Source: Cyanobacteria bacterium UBA7753 (GTDB lineage Bacteria > Cyanobacteriota > Vampirovibrionia > Gastranaerophilales > Gastranaerophilaceae). Taken from it: a DNA stretch of 64,000 nucleotides. Under the pieces are notes generated by a model. The model did not search any database. It was not told where the DNA came from and saw nothing but the letters and a program-made list of their open reading frames with translations. Shown one piece after another: positions 1-9,538 of this stretch. The stretch lies in assembly GCA_002481545.1 (NCBI GenBank), contig DLEF01000057.1:4679-68678 (forward strand), given 5' to 3'. Each line of letters opens with the position of its first letter. Position 1 is the first letter of the stretch. The position numbers were made by a program, and so were the translations under genes.

Positions 1-2
1 AC

Positions 3-731
3 TACGCTAACCAAACGGATTTGGCAAAATTTTTAAAACTGTATTCACCTAAGTATATCAGCAATGACGGGTTCAACATGGAATCCACAACAGAATTGTT
101 TACCGATTTATGGAAACAATATGCAGGGATAAAATACAGAAACAAAGTTAATTCTGTCGCCTTCTACGGTGATACCGCCGTTGTAAACGTATCGGAAGCG
201 GCAGCCGCAAACATCGTTGACGACAACAAAAAAGGTCAATTAAAAAGTTATGTGGATGTAATCTATTACCTTGAGAGAAAAGGCAAAAGCTGGGTAATAA
301 CGGGGGAAAATGTTATAACGGAAGCTATTTCAATCACTTGGGGTGATGCAAACAGTGTCGCTATGTTCCTTGAAGCTCCTCAAATGGTAGGTGCGGGAGA
401 AGAATACAGCGCAAAACTTTACATAGCACCTCCGAGCGGTATTTTTGCGATAGCCTCCATAAGCTCCGAAATAGTATCTTATCCGCAAAAACCTCAAAAA
501 GATGTATTTAAGAAATTCGCCTCCGATTATTCATTGGAAAGAATATTTTTAGCAAACGATAAAAATACAAACGAATACGTCGTTGCCTCTATAGGTTACT
601 CAAGACCTACAATGAACGGAGCTACAGGGTTTAACATGAACTTATCAGGTTATGCATGTTTAATAAGAAGAGTAAATGTAGTTCCAAAAAATAACTACAT
701 TGAGGTAAAACATGAAGACAAAAAAGTTTAA
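3..731 (+). CDS. hypothetical protein, probably 5'-partial (frame is open to the window edge)
   Basis: Long ORF in the same frame from nt 3 with no upstream stop. No motif I recognise. Its end overlaps the lspA start. Confidence 0.45.
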   Translation, partial: YANQTDLAKFLKLYSPKYISNDGFNMESTTELFTDLWKQYAGIKYRNKVNSVAFYGDTAVVNVSEAAAANIVDDNKKGQLKSYVDVIYYLERKGKSWVITGENVITEAISITWGDANSVAMFLEAPQMVGAGEEYSAKLYIAPPSGIFAIASISSEIVSYPQKPQKDVFKKFASDYSLERIFLANDKNTNEYVVASIGYSRPTMNGATGFNMNLSGYACLIRRVNVVPKNNYIEVKHEDKKV

Positions 732-1197
732 CTTAAATCCCGTTACTTATTTTTTTGCTTGTTTTATCACAATGATTGCTTTTGATATGGTTTTTACAGA
801 CTATATCTTACACAATATATTCGTATCCTCGGATTTCAGATTTCTTGATATAGTGTACATAGAAAATACAGGCGCAGCATTCTCATCATTTCCGCATTCG
901 GCCATATTTTTAGCAATAATCTCAATCCTTGCGGTAATCCTAATAATGGCGGAATTATATAGAAATAAAGATAAATATTCTATTCTCACCTGTTTCTTTA
1001 GCGCAATGCTGTGCGCAGGAATCACTTGTAACACCTACGAAAGACTGTCACTCGGATATGTCAGAGATTATATAAACCTAAAGTTTATCAAATTCCCCGT
1101 TTTCAATATTTCCGATGTTTTAATAAATCTGGGTGTTCTTGCTATAATAGTTTTAATTATTACAAAGAAGTATAAAAATGAAAAAACAGATATTTAG
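712..1197 (+). CDS. lspA: lipoprotein signal peptidase II
   Basis: 161 aa with about 4 hydrophobic segments. LspA-type motifs IENTGAAFS and VRDYINL...FNISDV are present. Followed by rluD, as in many bacteria. Confidence 0.8.
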   Translation: MKTKKFNLNPVTYFFACFITMIAFDMVFTDYILHNIFVSSDFRFLDIVYIENTGAAFSSFPHSAIFLAIISILAVILIMAELYRNKDKYSILTCFFSAMLCAGITCNTYERLSLGYVRDYINLKFIKFPVFNISDVLINLGVLAIIVLIITKKYKNEKTDI

Positions 1198-2089
1198 AGC
1201 GGATGAGACAGACTCAGGGCTAAGAGTCGATAACTATTTGGCACAAATATTAGAGAATTACTCAAGAACACAAATCCAAAATCTTATAAAATCAGAACAT
1301 GTTCTTGTGAACGGTAAAACCTGCAAACCGTCACTTTCTCTGCATACGGACGATGAGATAATATGCGAACTTTCAGATGACAACGATATAAAAATTGAGC
1401 CTGAAAATATCCCGATAAATGTTGTTTGGGAGGATGAAAATTACACTATAGTAAACAAAACGTCAGGAATGTTAACTCATCCGACCTCTAAAGAAAAGAC
1501 CGGCACCCTAGTAAATGCATTGTTATACAGATATAAAAATAATCTTTCCGATATAAACGGAACCTACAGAAGAGGGATTGTACACAGGTTAGACAGGAAT
1601 ACATCAGGGCTGTTGATTATTGCAAAAACTAACGATGCACACGAAAAAATTGCTCAAATGATAAAAGACAGATTAGTCGAAAAACGATACAGGGCTATTA
1701 TAAAAGGATTTTTGGAAGAAAATGTTATTATAAACGAACCTATAGGCAGAAATAAGTCTAACCCTTCAAAAATGTGTGTCACAAAAGATGGCAGACCGTC
1801 TTTGACGGAAGTGAACATAATAAAACAATTTCCTGATGCAACTTATGTTGATATAAACTTAAAAACAGGAAGAACTCATCAGATAAGAGTCCACCTCTCT
1901 TATATAGGACATCCCATCTACAATGACACTCTGTACGGGTTCGGGAAAATGAGAGTTAAAACGGAAGAGCAGGTACTGCAATCCTACAAATTGAAGTTTA
2001 TACATCCGTTTACAAACGAACAAATTGAAGTCGAGATTGAACCCGATGAAAAAATAAAAAAAGTTTTATGTTATTTAGAAAGTAAATAA
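1178..2089 (+). CDS. rluD: 23S rRNA pseudouridine synthase, RluA/RluD family
   Basis: N-terminal S4-like region (RVDNYL...), catalytic motif HRLDRNTSGLLIIAKT, and C-terminal TGRTHQIRVHL. Confidence 0.85.
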   Translation: MKKQIFRADETDSGLRVDNYLAQILENYSRTQIQNLIKSEHVLVNGKTCKPSLSLHTDDEIICELSDDNDIKIEPENIPINVVWEDENYTIVNKTSGMLTHPTSKEKTGTLVNALLYRYKNNLSDINGTYRRGIVHRLDRNTSGLLIIAKTNDAHEKIAQMIKDRLVEKRYRAIIKGFLEENVIINEPIGRNKSNPSKMCVTKDGRPSLTEVNIIKQFPDATYVDINLKTGRTHQIRVHLSYIGHPIYNDTLYGFGKMRVKTEEQVLQSYKLKFIHPFTNEQIEVEIEPDEKIKKVLCYLESK

Positions 2090-2098
2090 GGAGATATT

Positions 2099-2428
2099 AT
2101 GAAAAAATATTTATCAAGCATAGTTTGGCTTATATTGGCAGTTTCCGCAGGATATTTAGCATACAGAACATTTACGCAAATTACACCTCAATTGCAATCG
2201 GCAAAAATTCTAGCAGACGAAATTGTATTTGCGTTTGTAAGCGGATTTGCTATTGCTGCAATGATTTATAACTTTATGTACAAAGGGACATCCGAATCTT
2301 TAGATATGTATAAAAGAGAGTTAGAAAAGAAATCTATCGGAAAAGAAGAAACTTCTTCCAAAGTTAAAGTATTGGAATCAAAAATAGAAGTTTTGGAAAA
2401 AGCTCTGGAAGATGCTTTAAAGAAATAA
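2099..2428 (+). CDS. small membrane protein with C-terminal coiled coil (hypothetical)
   Basis: Two hydrophobic segments followed by a K/E-rich heptad-like tail. GGAG-type RBS lies 6 nt upstream. Confidence 0.5.
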   Translation: MKKYLSSIVWLILAVSAGYLAYRTFTQITPQLQSAKILADEIVFAFVSGFAIAAMIYNFMYKGTSESLDMYKRELEKKSIGKEETSSKVKVLESKIEVLEKALEDALKK

Positions 2429-2452
2429 AAAAAAAGCCGCTCTTTGAGCGGC
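2427..2452 (-). terminator. rho-independent terminator for the 2495..2932 gene
   Basis: 7-bp GC stem gccgctc/gagcggc with a 3-nt loop. On the minus strand it is followed by a run of 9 T. Confidence 0.75.
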
Positions 2453-2494
2453 CTAAATATCGATTTAGTAAGATTAGGTAAGTAAAACTTTTTA

Positions 2495-2932
2495 TTAAGA
2501 AATACCTTCGGCGTAATTGAAATCGTCCTTGATATTGTCTGAAAGCATAGATTTGAACGAATCCACATAAGAGTTGATTTCCTGTAACTCGGTAGATAAC
2601 GTTGTAATCTGGTTGTCTAATTGAGATTCCCAAGCTGAAACTTCTTCTTCTTGAGCTTCATAATAACAATCTACATATTGAACTTCTTCCGTATATTCCG
2701 GGATCTCTGTATAATCTACATACGTGTAAGAATCATCCATGTATTTAGTGGTAAAGATATTCTTACATTCTGCACGTAATGCCGAATATTTTGAATTTTT
2801 CCAAGCAGCCAAGTCAGAAGTTTCGTAACCTGCCAATGTCTTGCTGTTTTGATATTGGACAAGCTGTGTACTAATCAAGTTCTTACGGTGAACATATGAT
2901 AATAGTGTTTCGTTTAATGTAGCTTCTGCCAT
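2495..2932 (-). CDS. hypothetical acidic protein
   Basis: 145-aa ORF with coding-like composition and its own terminator. No recognisable motif. Confidence 0.5.
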   Translation of the reverse strand: MAEATLNETLLSYVHRKNLISTQLVQYQNSKTLAGYETSDLAAWKNSKYSALRAECKNIFTTKYMDDSYTYVDYTEIPEYTEEVQYVDCYYEAQEEEVSAWESQLDNQITTLSTELQEINSYVDSFKSMLSDNIKDDFNYAEGIS

Positions 2933-3071
2933 TTCTTCTTACCTTACGGATTAATCTTACATGTATATAAAGTTTTTTCGTTATGTCCGATTTCAAGAGG
3001 CATTATTATTGTTACAAAACTTCATATTTTTGTAAAAGTCAAGAATAGCTTGACAAAAGCGGGGTGCTTTA

Positions 3072-3542
3072 TTACTTATTGAAAGATTTTTCTAAATCTA
3101 AAAGTTTTTGTTTTATTTCAAGTCCGCCTACATAGCCCGTTAATTTATTATCGGAAGACAAAACTCTGTGACATGGAAGGATTATAGGTATAGGATTTTT
3201 ATTGCAGGCGGAACCGACAGCACGGGAAGACTTCGGAGCACCCAAGCTCTCTGCTATCTCTTTATATGTTTTAGTTTCGCCGTACGGAATACCCAGCAAT
3301 TCACTCCAAACGGTTTGCTGAAAATCAGTACCTTTTGGATTAAGAGGTAAGTCAAAAACTTTACGTTTTCCGTCTAAGTATTCGGATATTTGAACAAAAG
3401 CTTCTTTTAAAGCCACAGATTCATATTGTTTAGCATCAAGCGGCTGTTTCATATTCATAAAATATACGTTTGTTATAAAACTGTGCTCTTCCGCTATTCC
3501 TATTTTACCTATCTTTGTTTGATAATAATAAACCTTTTTCAT
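3072..3542 (-). CDS. ogt: methylated-DNA--protein-cysteine methyltransferase
   Basis: Active-site motif IPCHRV (here ILPCHRVL), plus upstream YGETKTYKEIA and RAVGSACNKNPIPI. Confidence 0.85.
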   Translation of the reverse strand: MKKVYYYQTKIGKIGIAEEHSFITNVYFMNMKQPLDAKQYESVALKEAFVQISEYLDGKRKVFDLPLNPKGTDFQQTVWSELLGIPYGETKTYKEIAESLGAPKSSRAVGSACNKNPIPIILPCHRVLSSDNKLTGYVGGLEIKQKLLDLEKSFNK

Positions 3543-3574
3543 AATTCAACATCTCTATCTTTTAAATAAATGAA

Positions 3575-3600
3575 AGGGTAAATATGTCTTAATTTACCCT
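3575..3600 (-). terminator. hairpin or terminator downstream of the SEC-C gene, built from inverted GGGTAAAT motifs
   Basis: 9-bp stem agggtaaat/atttaccct with an 8-nt loop. T-rich sequence follows on the minus strand. Confidence 0.45.
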
Positions 3601-3626
3601 AAACATTTACACCATTCATTTACCCC

Positions 3627-4928
3627 TTAACCTTGGATTTTATTCATACAGCAGTTTTTGAATTTTTTACCGCTTCCGCAAGGGCAAGGATCATTACGCC
3701 CGACATTTTTATAAGAAATATTCTTTTGTGTCTCTGATAACTGCTGCTCATCATTTTCTTGTTCATCCAACATATTTATTGATGCTGAAAATACTATCGA
3801 ATGGAATAATACGGAGGTCGAAGAATAAATCTTACGTTTTAAGAACTCCGGTTTATATGTTTCAATCAACGTATCAAGCGTATAATCAGTGCCTAAAACT
3901 TCATTTATCTTATCCGTGAAATTAGGATATTTATTTGCAATTCGTCTCAAAATCTTATCTGATATAGCATCGTTTTTAAGGAAGTACTCTATGCAACCTT
4001 TTTCATCATTGATTTTTTCGCCTTCAAATATCAGGCAGAAAGTTCTGTAGAACGGAATAGAATAAAGCCCTAATTCTTCATCCGATATAATACCTACGTC
4101 ATAAAGTTCCAAGTGAGAAGAGAACCCGCCTATTGATTTTTCCAAGAAATTGTTAAATCCGTTATTCAACTCTCTTATCGTGAAATATTTATACTCTTCA
4201 AGAGGTTTCTTAGCCGCCTCCATATCGAGGTTCTTGAGTTCATCTTCATCATTCAATACTCCGATAATGGTATCGGCAAATCTGTTTGTTGTGATAAATT
4301 CGTCCGTTCCGAATATATCAAGGAATTTCTTGTGCATTGTTTTGATATCGTCAGCAATCTCTTTATCTTTAGCGGGATTATCCTCATATACAAGCCAAGG
4401 AGCTTGAATAATCTTTATGATTGCGTATCTTATCGCGTCTTTTAATCTGTTTGACGGGAGCATATTATCAATTCCGATAAGGAAATATTCCTCGTTTAAT
4501 TTAAAGATACGAGCAACGATAAACTCACCCGGGATTACTCCTCTAAAGCTTGTCATCTTTGTAAGAGATAAAACTGTGTATTCTTTCTCGTTTACAAGAT
4601 TAAACAAACTAAATCCGTTTTTAAGAATTTTTTCAACTCTAAATATAGAATATTGCGCGGTCAGGAAACTTTTTGCGATATCTTCGCTAGATGCGGTGTT
4701 ACTTTCAACAAAGAGTTCCGCAACACTCTTTGCAGGTTCGCCCAAGTTTCTTTCAAAAGCATACGGAATAAATAACTTTTCCATCTGTGACGGAGTAGGC
4801 TCCTTTACCCCCATAGTCGCTAAATATTCTTTAAAATCTTCTTTTGTTTGCTCGTTTGTCTGAACAAACTCAAACAATTCTTTTATTACACCGTTTATTG
4901 CGTTTATCTTATCAATAACAACTGTCAT
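3627..4928 (-). CDS. SEC-C metal-binding motif protein (function unknown)
   Basis: C-terminal GRNDPCPCGSGKKFKNCC is a SEC-C Zn-binding motif. I chose the ATG at 4928 because GGAGAG lies just upstream; the ORF-track start is at 4940. Confidence 0.6.
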   Translation of the reverse strand: MTVVIDKINAINGVIKELFEFVQTNEQTKEDFKEYLATMGVKEPTPSQMEKLFIPYAFERNLGEPAKSVAELFVESNTASSEDIAKSFLTAQYSIFRVEKILKNGFSLFNLVNEKEYTVLSLTKMTSFRGVIPGEFIVARIFKLNEEYFLIGIDNMLPSNRLKDAIRYAIIKIIQAPWLVYEDNPAKDKEIADDIKTMHKKFLDIFGTDEFITTNRFADTIIGVLNDEDELKNLDMEAAKKPLEEYKYFTIRELNNGFNNFLEKSIGGFSSHLELYDVGIISDEELGLYSIPFYRTFCLIFEGEKINDEKGCIEYFLKNDAISDKILRRIANKYPNFTDKINEVLGTDYTLDTLIETYKPEFLKRKIYSSTSVLFHSIVFSASINMLDEQENDEQQLSETQKNISYKNVGRNDPCPCGSGKKFKNCCMNKIQG

Positions 4929-5058
4929 ATATCTCTCCAATCTAACTTAAAACAAGATAAAATAAGTATAACACAAGCACAATGTCCGACAAATTATTAT
5001 ACATGCGGGTATAAAATTTGTTCTAAAATCTTAAAAGCCCCTGTTTTATACGGATAAC

Positions 5059-5087
5059 TTGCAATTTTTCCATGAATATATTAGAAT
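5059..5087 (+). promoter_or_regulatory. sigma70-like promoter of the CNNM/CorC gene
   Basis: TTGCAA, 17-nt spacer, TAGAAT. The TTG that the ORF track uses as a start codon is the -35 box. Confidence 0.5.
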
Positions 5088-5118
5088 TTTAATAAAGAAA
5101 GGCATTGAGAAAAGGGAG

Positions 5119-6486
5119 ATGACCCAGAGTATTTATTTTAATTTATTGGTAGTAATACTGTTAATCTTTGCAAACAGTTTCTTTGTAGCCTCTGAGTTTG
5201 CTATGGTAAAAGTAAGAAAAACCCGTTTGGAGCAATTATCCTCCGAGGGTAATTCAACGGCTAAACTTGCACTCGGAATGACCGAAGACATAAACGATAT
5301 GCTTGCAGCCGCTCAGCTCGGTATTACAATTGCCAGCATCGGTTTAGGTTGGATGGGCGCAAAAACAATTGCAGACTTCCTTTACGATATTTTTACGGTA
5401 ATTTTCCCGTTTATGAGTCATGATATATGTCTTGTAATCGCGGTACCGCTTGCCTTTATTCTTATCACATTTTTTGAAGTTCTTTTAGGGGAACAGATAC
5501 CTAAATGCATTTCATTACAACACACGGAAAAAATGGCTCTGATTGTTGCACGACCGATGAAAGTTATGATGGTTGTTTTCAAACCTTTGGTATGGCTGCT
5601 TGCAACATGCGGAGATAAAATACTTGAATTATTAAAAATTGATTCTGCTGATAAAGAACTTGTCCATACTCCTGAAGAATTGGATATGCTTGTTGATGCA
5701 AGCTATAACGAAGGCGCTTTGAACGAAACGGAGGCAGAAATGCTCCATAATATGTTCAACTTCTCCGACCATACGGCAAAACAGGTTATGACTCCGAGAA
5801 CGGATATGGTTTGTATTGAATCCGATACCCCGATAAACGAAATAGAAAAGTTTATGGCAGAAAACCAATACACAAGATATCCTGTCTATGAAGAAAATAT
5901 TGATAAAATAATCGGATTTGTCCACGTAAAAGATTTATATACAAAGATAATAGAGAACAGAAATATTACTCTGAAAGAAATAGTTCGTCCGATTATGCTC
6001 GTACCTGAGACAATGACACTTGATAAACTCGTTATAGAGTTCAGAAAACGTAAAAGCCAAATCGGGATTGTAGTTGATGAATTTGGCGGAACATCAGGGC
6101 TTGTAAGTTTGGAAGACGTCATCGAAGAAATCGTGGGCGAAGTTCAAGACGAATTTGACCAAGACGAAGAAATAGATATTAAAGAAGTTGCGCCTAATAC
6201 TTACGTCGCTAATGCAATGATGAGAATTGACGAAATTGCGGAATTTTTCGGCATAGAAGAAAATCAATTTGATTTTGATGATGTAGAAACAATCGGCGGA
6301 CTTGTTGTAAAAATATTAGGCAGAATTGCCCAAGTCGGAGATGTTGTAAAAATCGACGCTCAAGGCTTGAAGTTTACGGTACAAAAAGTTGAGGGTGCCC
6401 GTATAACAAGACTTGTTATCCAAAAATATGAACCTATCCCTCAAGAAAATAACGAAGCCGTAAAACAGGAAAATAACAAAGAATAA
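5119..6486 (+). CDS. CNNM/HlyC-CorC family transporter (DUF21 + CBS pair + CorC_HlyC)
   Basis: N-terminal TM domain with NSFFVASEFAMVK, a CBS-pair region (VMTPRTDM..., YTRYPVYEE) and a C-terminal transporter-associated domain. ATG at 5119 is preceded by AAGGGAG. Confidence 0.8.
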   Translation: MTQSIYFNLLVVILLIFANSFFVASEFAMVKVRKTRLEQLSSEGNSTAKLALGMTEDINDMLAAAQLGITIASIGLGWMGAKTIADFLYDIFTVIFPFMSHDICLVIAVPLAFILITFFEVLLGEQIPKCISLQHTEKMALIVARPMKVMMVVFKPLVWLLATCGDKILELLKIDSADKELVHTPEELDMLVDASYNEGALNETEAEMLHNMFNFSDHTAKQVMTPRTDMVCIESDTPINEIEKFMAENQYTRYPVYEENIDKIIGFVHVKDLYTKIIENRNITLKEIVRPIMLVPETMTLDKLVIEFRKRKSQIGIVVDEFGGTSGLVSLEDVIEEIVGEVQDEFDQDEEIDIKEVAPNTYVANAMMRIDEIAEFFGIEENQFDFDDVETIGGLVVKILGRIAQVGDVVKIDAQGLKFTVQKVEGARITRLVIQKYEPIPQENNEAVKQENNKE

Positions 6487-6536
6487 GAACGGTAAAGAAT
6501 ATCACATTATATTCTGACAGCCTTATTTTATTTACC

Positions 6537-7742
6537 CTAATTGAACATCTTAACGGCTCTGTCCAATATTCCGAGGCAGTATGAAATAATTATCCCGTAA
6601 TTCGTAATCGGAACATGGTATTTATTTGCAATTAATATTCTTGAGAGAACCTCTTTTCTGTTCGTCATACAGGCTCCGCAGTGGATAATAAGTTTATACG
6701 GAGTTATATCAGGGAAATCGTGTCCCGTCTTATAATCAAAATCAAGTTCAAACCCGAGTTTTTTCTGTAAAAGTTTCGGTATCTTTACCCTTGCAATATC
6801 ATCATCTATTGCGTGGTGGGTGCAGCTTTCCAAAACCAATACTTTATCTTGAGGCTTTAGCGTTTTAACAGCGTTTGCTCCATTTATAAACGCATTCAAA
6901 TCACCTTTTAATCGTGCAAAAAGTATTGAAAAGGAAGTTAAATCAATATCATTAGGCACAATCTCGTTAACCTCTCTGAATGCCTGAGAATCCGTCACAA
7001 CCATTCTCGGCTTTGTTTTCAGATTATCTAAAACCGTTTTTAGGTTATTTACTTGAGTAACAACGGATATACAGTTATTATCCAATACATCTCTTATGGT
7101 TTGTACCTGCGGTAAAATCAACCTGCCCTTCGGTGCCTCTTTATCTATAGGAGTAACAAGTACGACAAAATCCGATTTATCCAGTTTGTCTCCTATAATT
7201 GAGGGCGGAGTAACGAAATCATCAGGAACTATCTTTACCAATTCTGATACAAATATATCAGTAATGTTTTCCGTTTTCGTAGCGGACAGTTCACATACAT
7301 TTTTCGTATAATTGTATATTTCGTTCAATTTATCATCTGATATTTTTTCAATATCGGATTTATTAATAATAACAATATACGGAATTTTTAATTCCTTAAA
7401 CTTATCCGTAAGCCCTATTTCATAATCAGTAAACCCGACAGCCGTAGTTATTAAAACAGCAACATCAGTCCTGTTTAAGACCTTCATAGTCTTTTCAATT
7501 CTTTGTTCGGACAAATCAGTGGAATCATCAATCCCTGCGGTATCCAAAAAAGTAACAGGTCCAATTGGAAAAAGCTCTGTCGATTTTTCGACAACATCAG
7601 TAGTTGTCCCTTTTTTGTCGGACACAATAGAGACATCCTGCGCCGTCACTGCATTCAGGAATGAGGATTTGCCGACATTTGTACGTCCGAAGATTGAAAT
7701 ATGTAATCTTAATGATTTTAAAGCTTTCATAATTACAGTCAT
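6537..7742 (-). CDS. hydF: [FeFe]-hydrogenase H-cluster maturation GTPase HydF
   Basis: GTPase P-loop GRTNVGKSS, DTAG and NKSD boxes. C-terminal cluster motif CTHH...HCGAC is of the CxHx(n)HCxxC type. Confidence 0.85.
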   Translation of the reverse strand: MTVIMKALKSLRLHISIFGRTNVGKSSFLNAVTAQDVSIVSDKKGTTTDVVEKSTELFPIGPVTFLDTAGIDDSTDLSEQRIEKTMKVLNRTDVAVLITTAVGFTDYEIGLTDKFKELKIPYIVIINKSDIEKISDDKLNEIYNYTKNVCELSATKTENITDIFVSELVKIVPDDFVTPPSIIGDKLDKSDFVVLVTPIDKEAPKGRLILPQVQTIRDVLDNNCISVVTQVNNLKTVLDNLKTKPRMVVTDSQAFREVNEIVPNDIDLTSFSILFARLKGDLNAFINGANAVKTLKPQDKVLVLESCTHHAIDDDIARVKIPKLLQKKLGFELDFDYKTGHDFPDITPYKLIIHCGACMTNRKEVLSRILIANKYHVPITNYGIIISYCLGILDRAVKMFN

Positions 7743-7925
7743 TATAGCACAATTTTACAATAGATGAATTTATGAATACTGCGGGCATGGAAAAGCGAGC
7801 CCTACACATTTGATTTTCTCTACTTTACTTTACTACTTTATTTACCTCGCCCCTGATGAAAATTAGACTAATTTCTTTTGTTATGTTATACTCATAAGAG
7901 AAGAATGTTTAGTGAGGAGAGTTTA

Positions 7926-8867
7926 GTGATTATAGACAGACAGAAAAAACGTTCGGCAAGAGGAGCTTTTGGTCAGGCACTTGCTGATTTAGGTAAAACC
8001 AATAAAAACATTGTGGCATTGGATGCGGATTTATCGGCATCAACCCAAACAAAGATTTTTGCAAAAGAATTTCCTGACAGATTCTTTGACGTAGGTATCG
8101 CAGAACAAGATTTGGTCGATACTGCGGCAGGATTATCAACAACGGGAAAAATTCCTTTTGTAGCAACATTCGCTGTATTTGCAACCGGCAGAACGTACGA
8201 CCAAATCAGAAACACGGTTTGTTATTCTAATTTCAACGTAAAAATTGTCGGAACTCACGGCGGTTTGACGGTAGGCGAAGACGGTGCAACACACCAAGCA
8301 TTGGAGGATATCGGTCTAATGTCTAATCTTCCTAATATGCACGTTATTGTTCCTGCTGATTATGCAGAAACTTATTCCGCTATCAAATATGCGGCAGAAC
8401 ACGAAGGACCTTATTATATAAGAGTTTCCAGAGCAAGCTTACCTGATATATTTGAAGACGGCTATGAAATTTCTCCTAAAGGAAAAGTCCTCAGAGAAGG
8501 CAAAGACGTAACAGTTATTACTAACGGGGAAACTTTGGCAGAATGTGTAGAGGCAGCGGAAGAATTAAAAGACAAAGGTATAGACGTAGAATTAATCAAC
8601 ATGCCGTTTGTAAAACCGTTTGACCAAGAAACGGTTATCAATTCCGCAAAGAAAACAGGGCTCGTTGTAACTGTTGAAAACCACTCCGTAAAGGGTGCGT
8701 TAGGCAGTGCAGTATGTGAAACATTATCTGAATTTAACCCGACAAAGGTTATCAGAATGGGCGTACACGACAGTTTTGGAAGAAGCGGTACGGCTGATGA
8801 ACTTATGAAATATTTCGGGCTTGATAAAGAAAGTATAGTAAAGAAAATAGTAGAGATTAAAAAATGA
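7926..8867 (+). CDS. transketolase family protein, C-terminal (pyrimidine-binding) subunit
   Basis: ARGAFGQALADLGK...VALDADLSASTQT..FAKEFPDRFFDVGIAEQDLV is typical of the split-transketolase C-terminal subunit. A GTG start at 7926 with GAGGAGA upstream gives about 313 aa. Confidence 0.75.
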   Translation: MIIDRQKKRSARGAFGQALADLGKTNKNIVALDADLSASTQTKIFAKEFPDRFFDVGIAEQDLVDTAAGLSTTGKIPFVATFAVFATGRTYDQIRNTVCYSNFNVKIVGTHGGLTVGEDGATHQALEDIGLMSNLPNMHVIVPADYAETYSAIKYAAEHEGPYYIRVSRASLPDIFEDGYEISPKGKVLREGKDVTVITNGETLAECVEAAEELKDKGIDVELINMPFVKPFDQETVINSAKKTGLVVTVENHSVKGALGSAVCETLSEFNPTKVIRMGVHDSFGRSGTADELMKYFGLDKESIVKKIVEIKK

Positions 8868-9538
8868 TACAATTAAGATCGGTTACTAAAAAATACAAAA
8901 ATAATTACGCTTTAAAAAATGTTACTCTTGACATTATGTCAGGAGAGTTCGTATTCATTACAGGTGCATCGGGAGCGGGAAAATCCACTTTGATGAAACT
9001 TCTTTACAAAGAAGAAGTTCCGACAAGCGGAACAGTTTTAATCGGCGGGATAAATATTGCAAACCTTCCGTCGGATAAGGTTCCTAACCTCAGAAGATGC
9101 ATGGGAATTGTATTTCAGGATTATAAACTTTTACCGAATATGTCCGTATATGATAACGTTGCATACGTAATCAGAACACTCGGTATGAGTACAAAAGAAA
9201 TACAAACCAGAGTATTCGGAGCGTTAAAAATTGTAGGATTAATGGACAAGAGAAACTCCAGACCAACAGAGCTTTCGGGTGGTGAACAACAGAGAGTAAG
9301 TATTGCAAGAGCAATCGTCAACGGGCCTCCGTTACTAATTGCGGACGAACCTACCGGAAACCTTGATCCTGCAAACTCTTTGGAAATTATGAATATTTTG
9401 GACCAAATTAATAAAAGAGGTATTACCATTATTGTATCTACACACGATAAGAGTATGGTTAATTACTTCAAAAAACGTGTTTTAACGCTTGATAAAGGCG
9501 AAATAATCAGAGATGTACAGGAAGGTACCTATGAGTAG
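8864..9538 (+). CDS. ftsE: cell-division ABC ATPase FtsE
   Basis: Walker A GASGAGKST, signature LSGGEQQR and Walker B LLIADEPT. ATGA overlap with the preceding gene; ftsX follows. Confidence 0.9.
   Translation: MIQLRSVTKKYKNNYALKNVTLDIMSGEFVFITGASGAGKSTLMKLLYKEEVPTSGTVLIGGINIANLPSDKVPNLRRCMGIVFQDYKLLPNMSVYDNVAYVIRTLGMSTKEIQTRVFGALKIVGLMDKRNSRPTELSGGEQQRVSIARAIVNGPPLLIADEPTGNLDPANSLEIMNILDQINKRGITIIVSTHDKSMVNYFKKRVLTLDKGEIIRDVQEGTYE

Noticed and set aside
7597-7809. 70-aa minus-strand ORF upstream of hydF, and 82-aa + ORF at 7519..7767.
   Set aside because: - They overlap the hydF 5' end and its promoter region.
- They contain a degenerate GTAG-type palindrome (gtgtagggctcgc...gcccgcag on the minus strand).
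- There is no RBS and no motifs.
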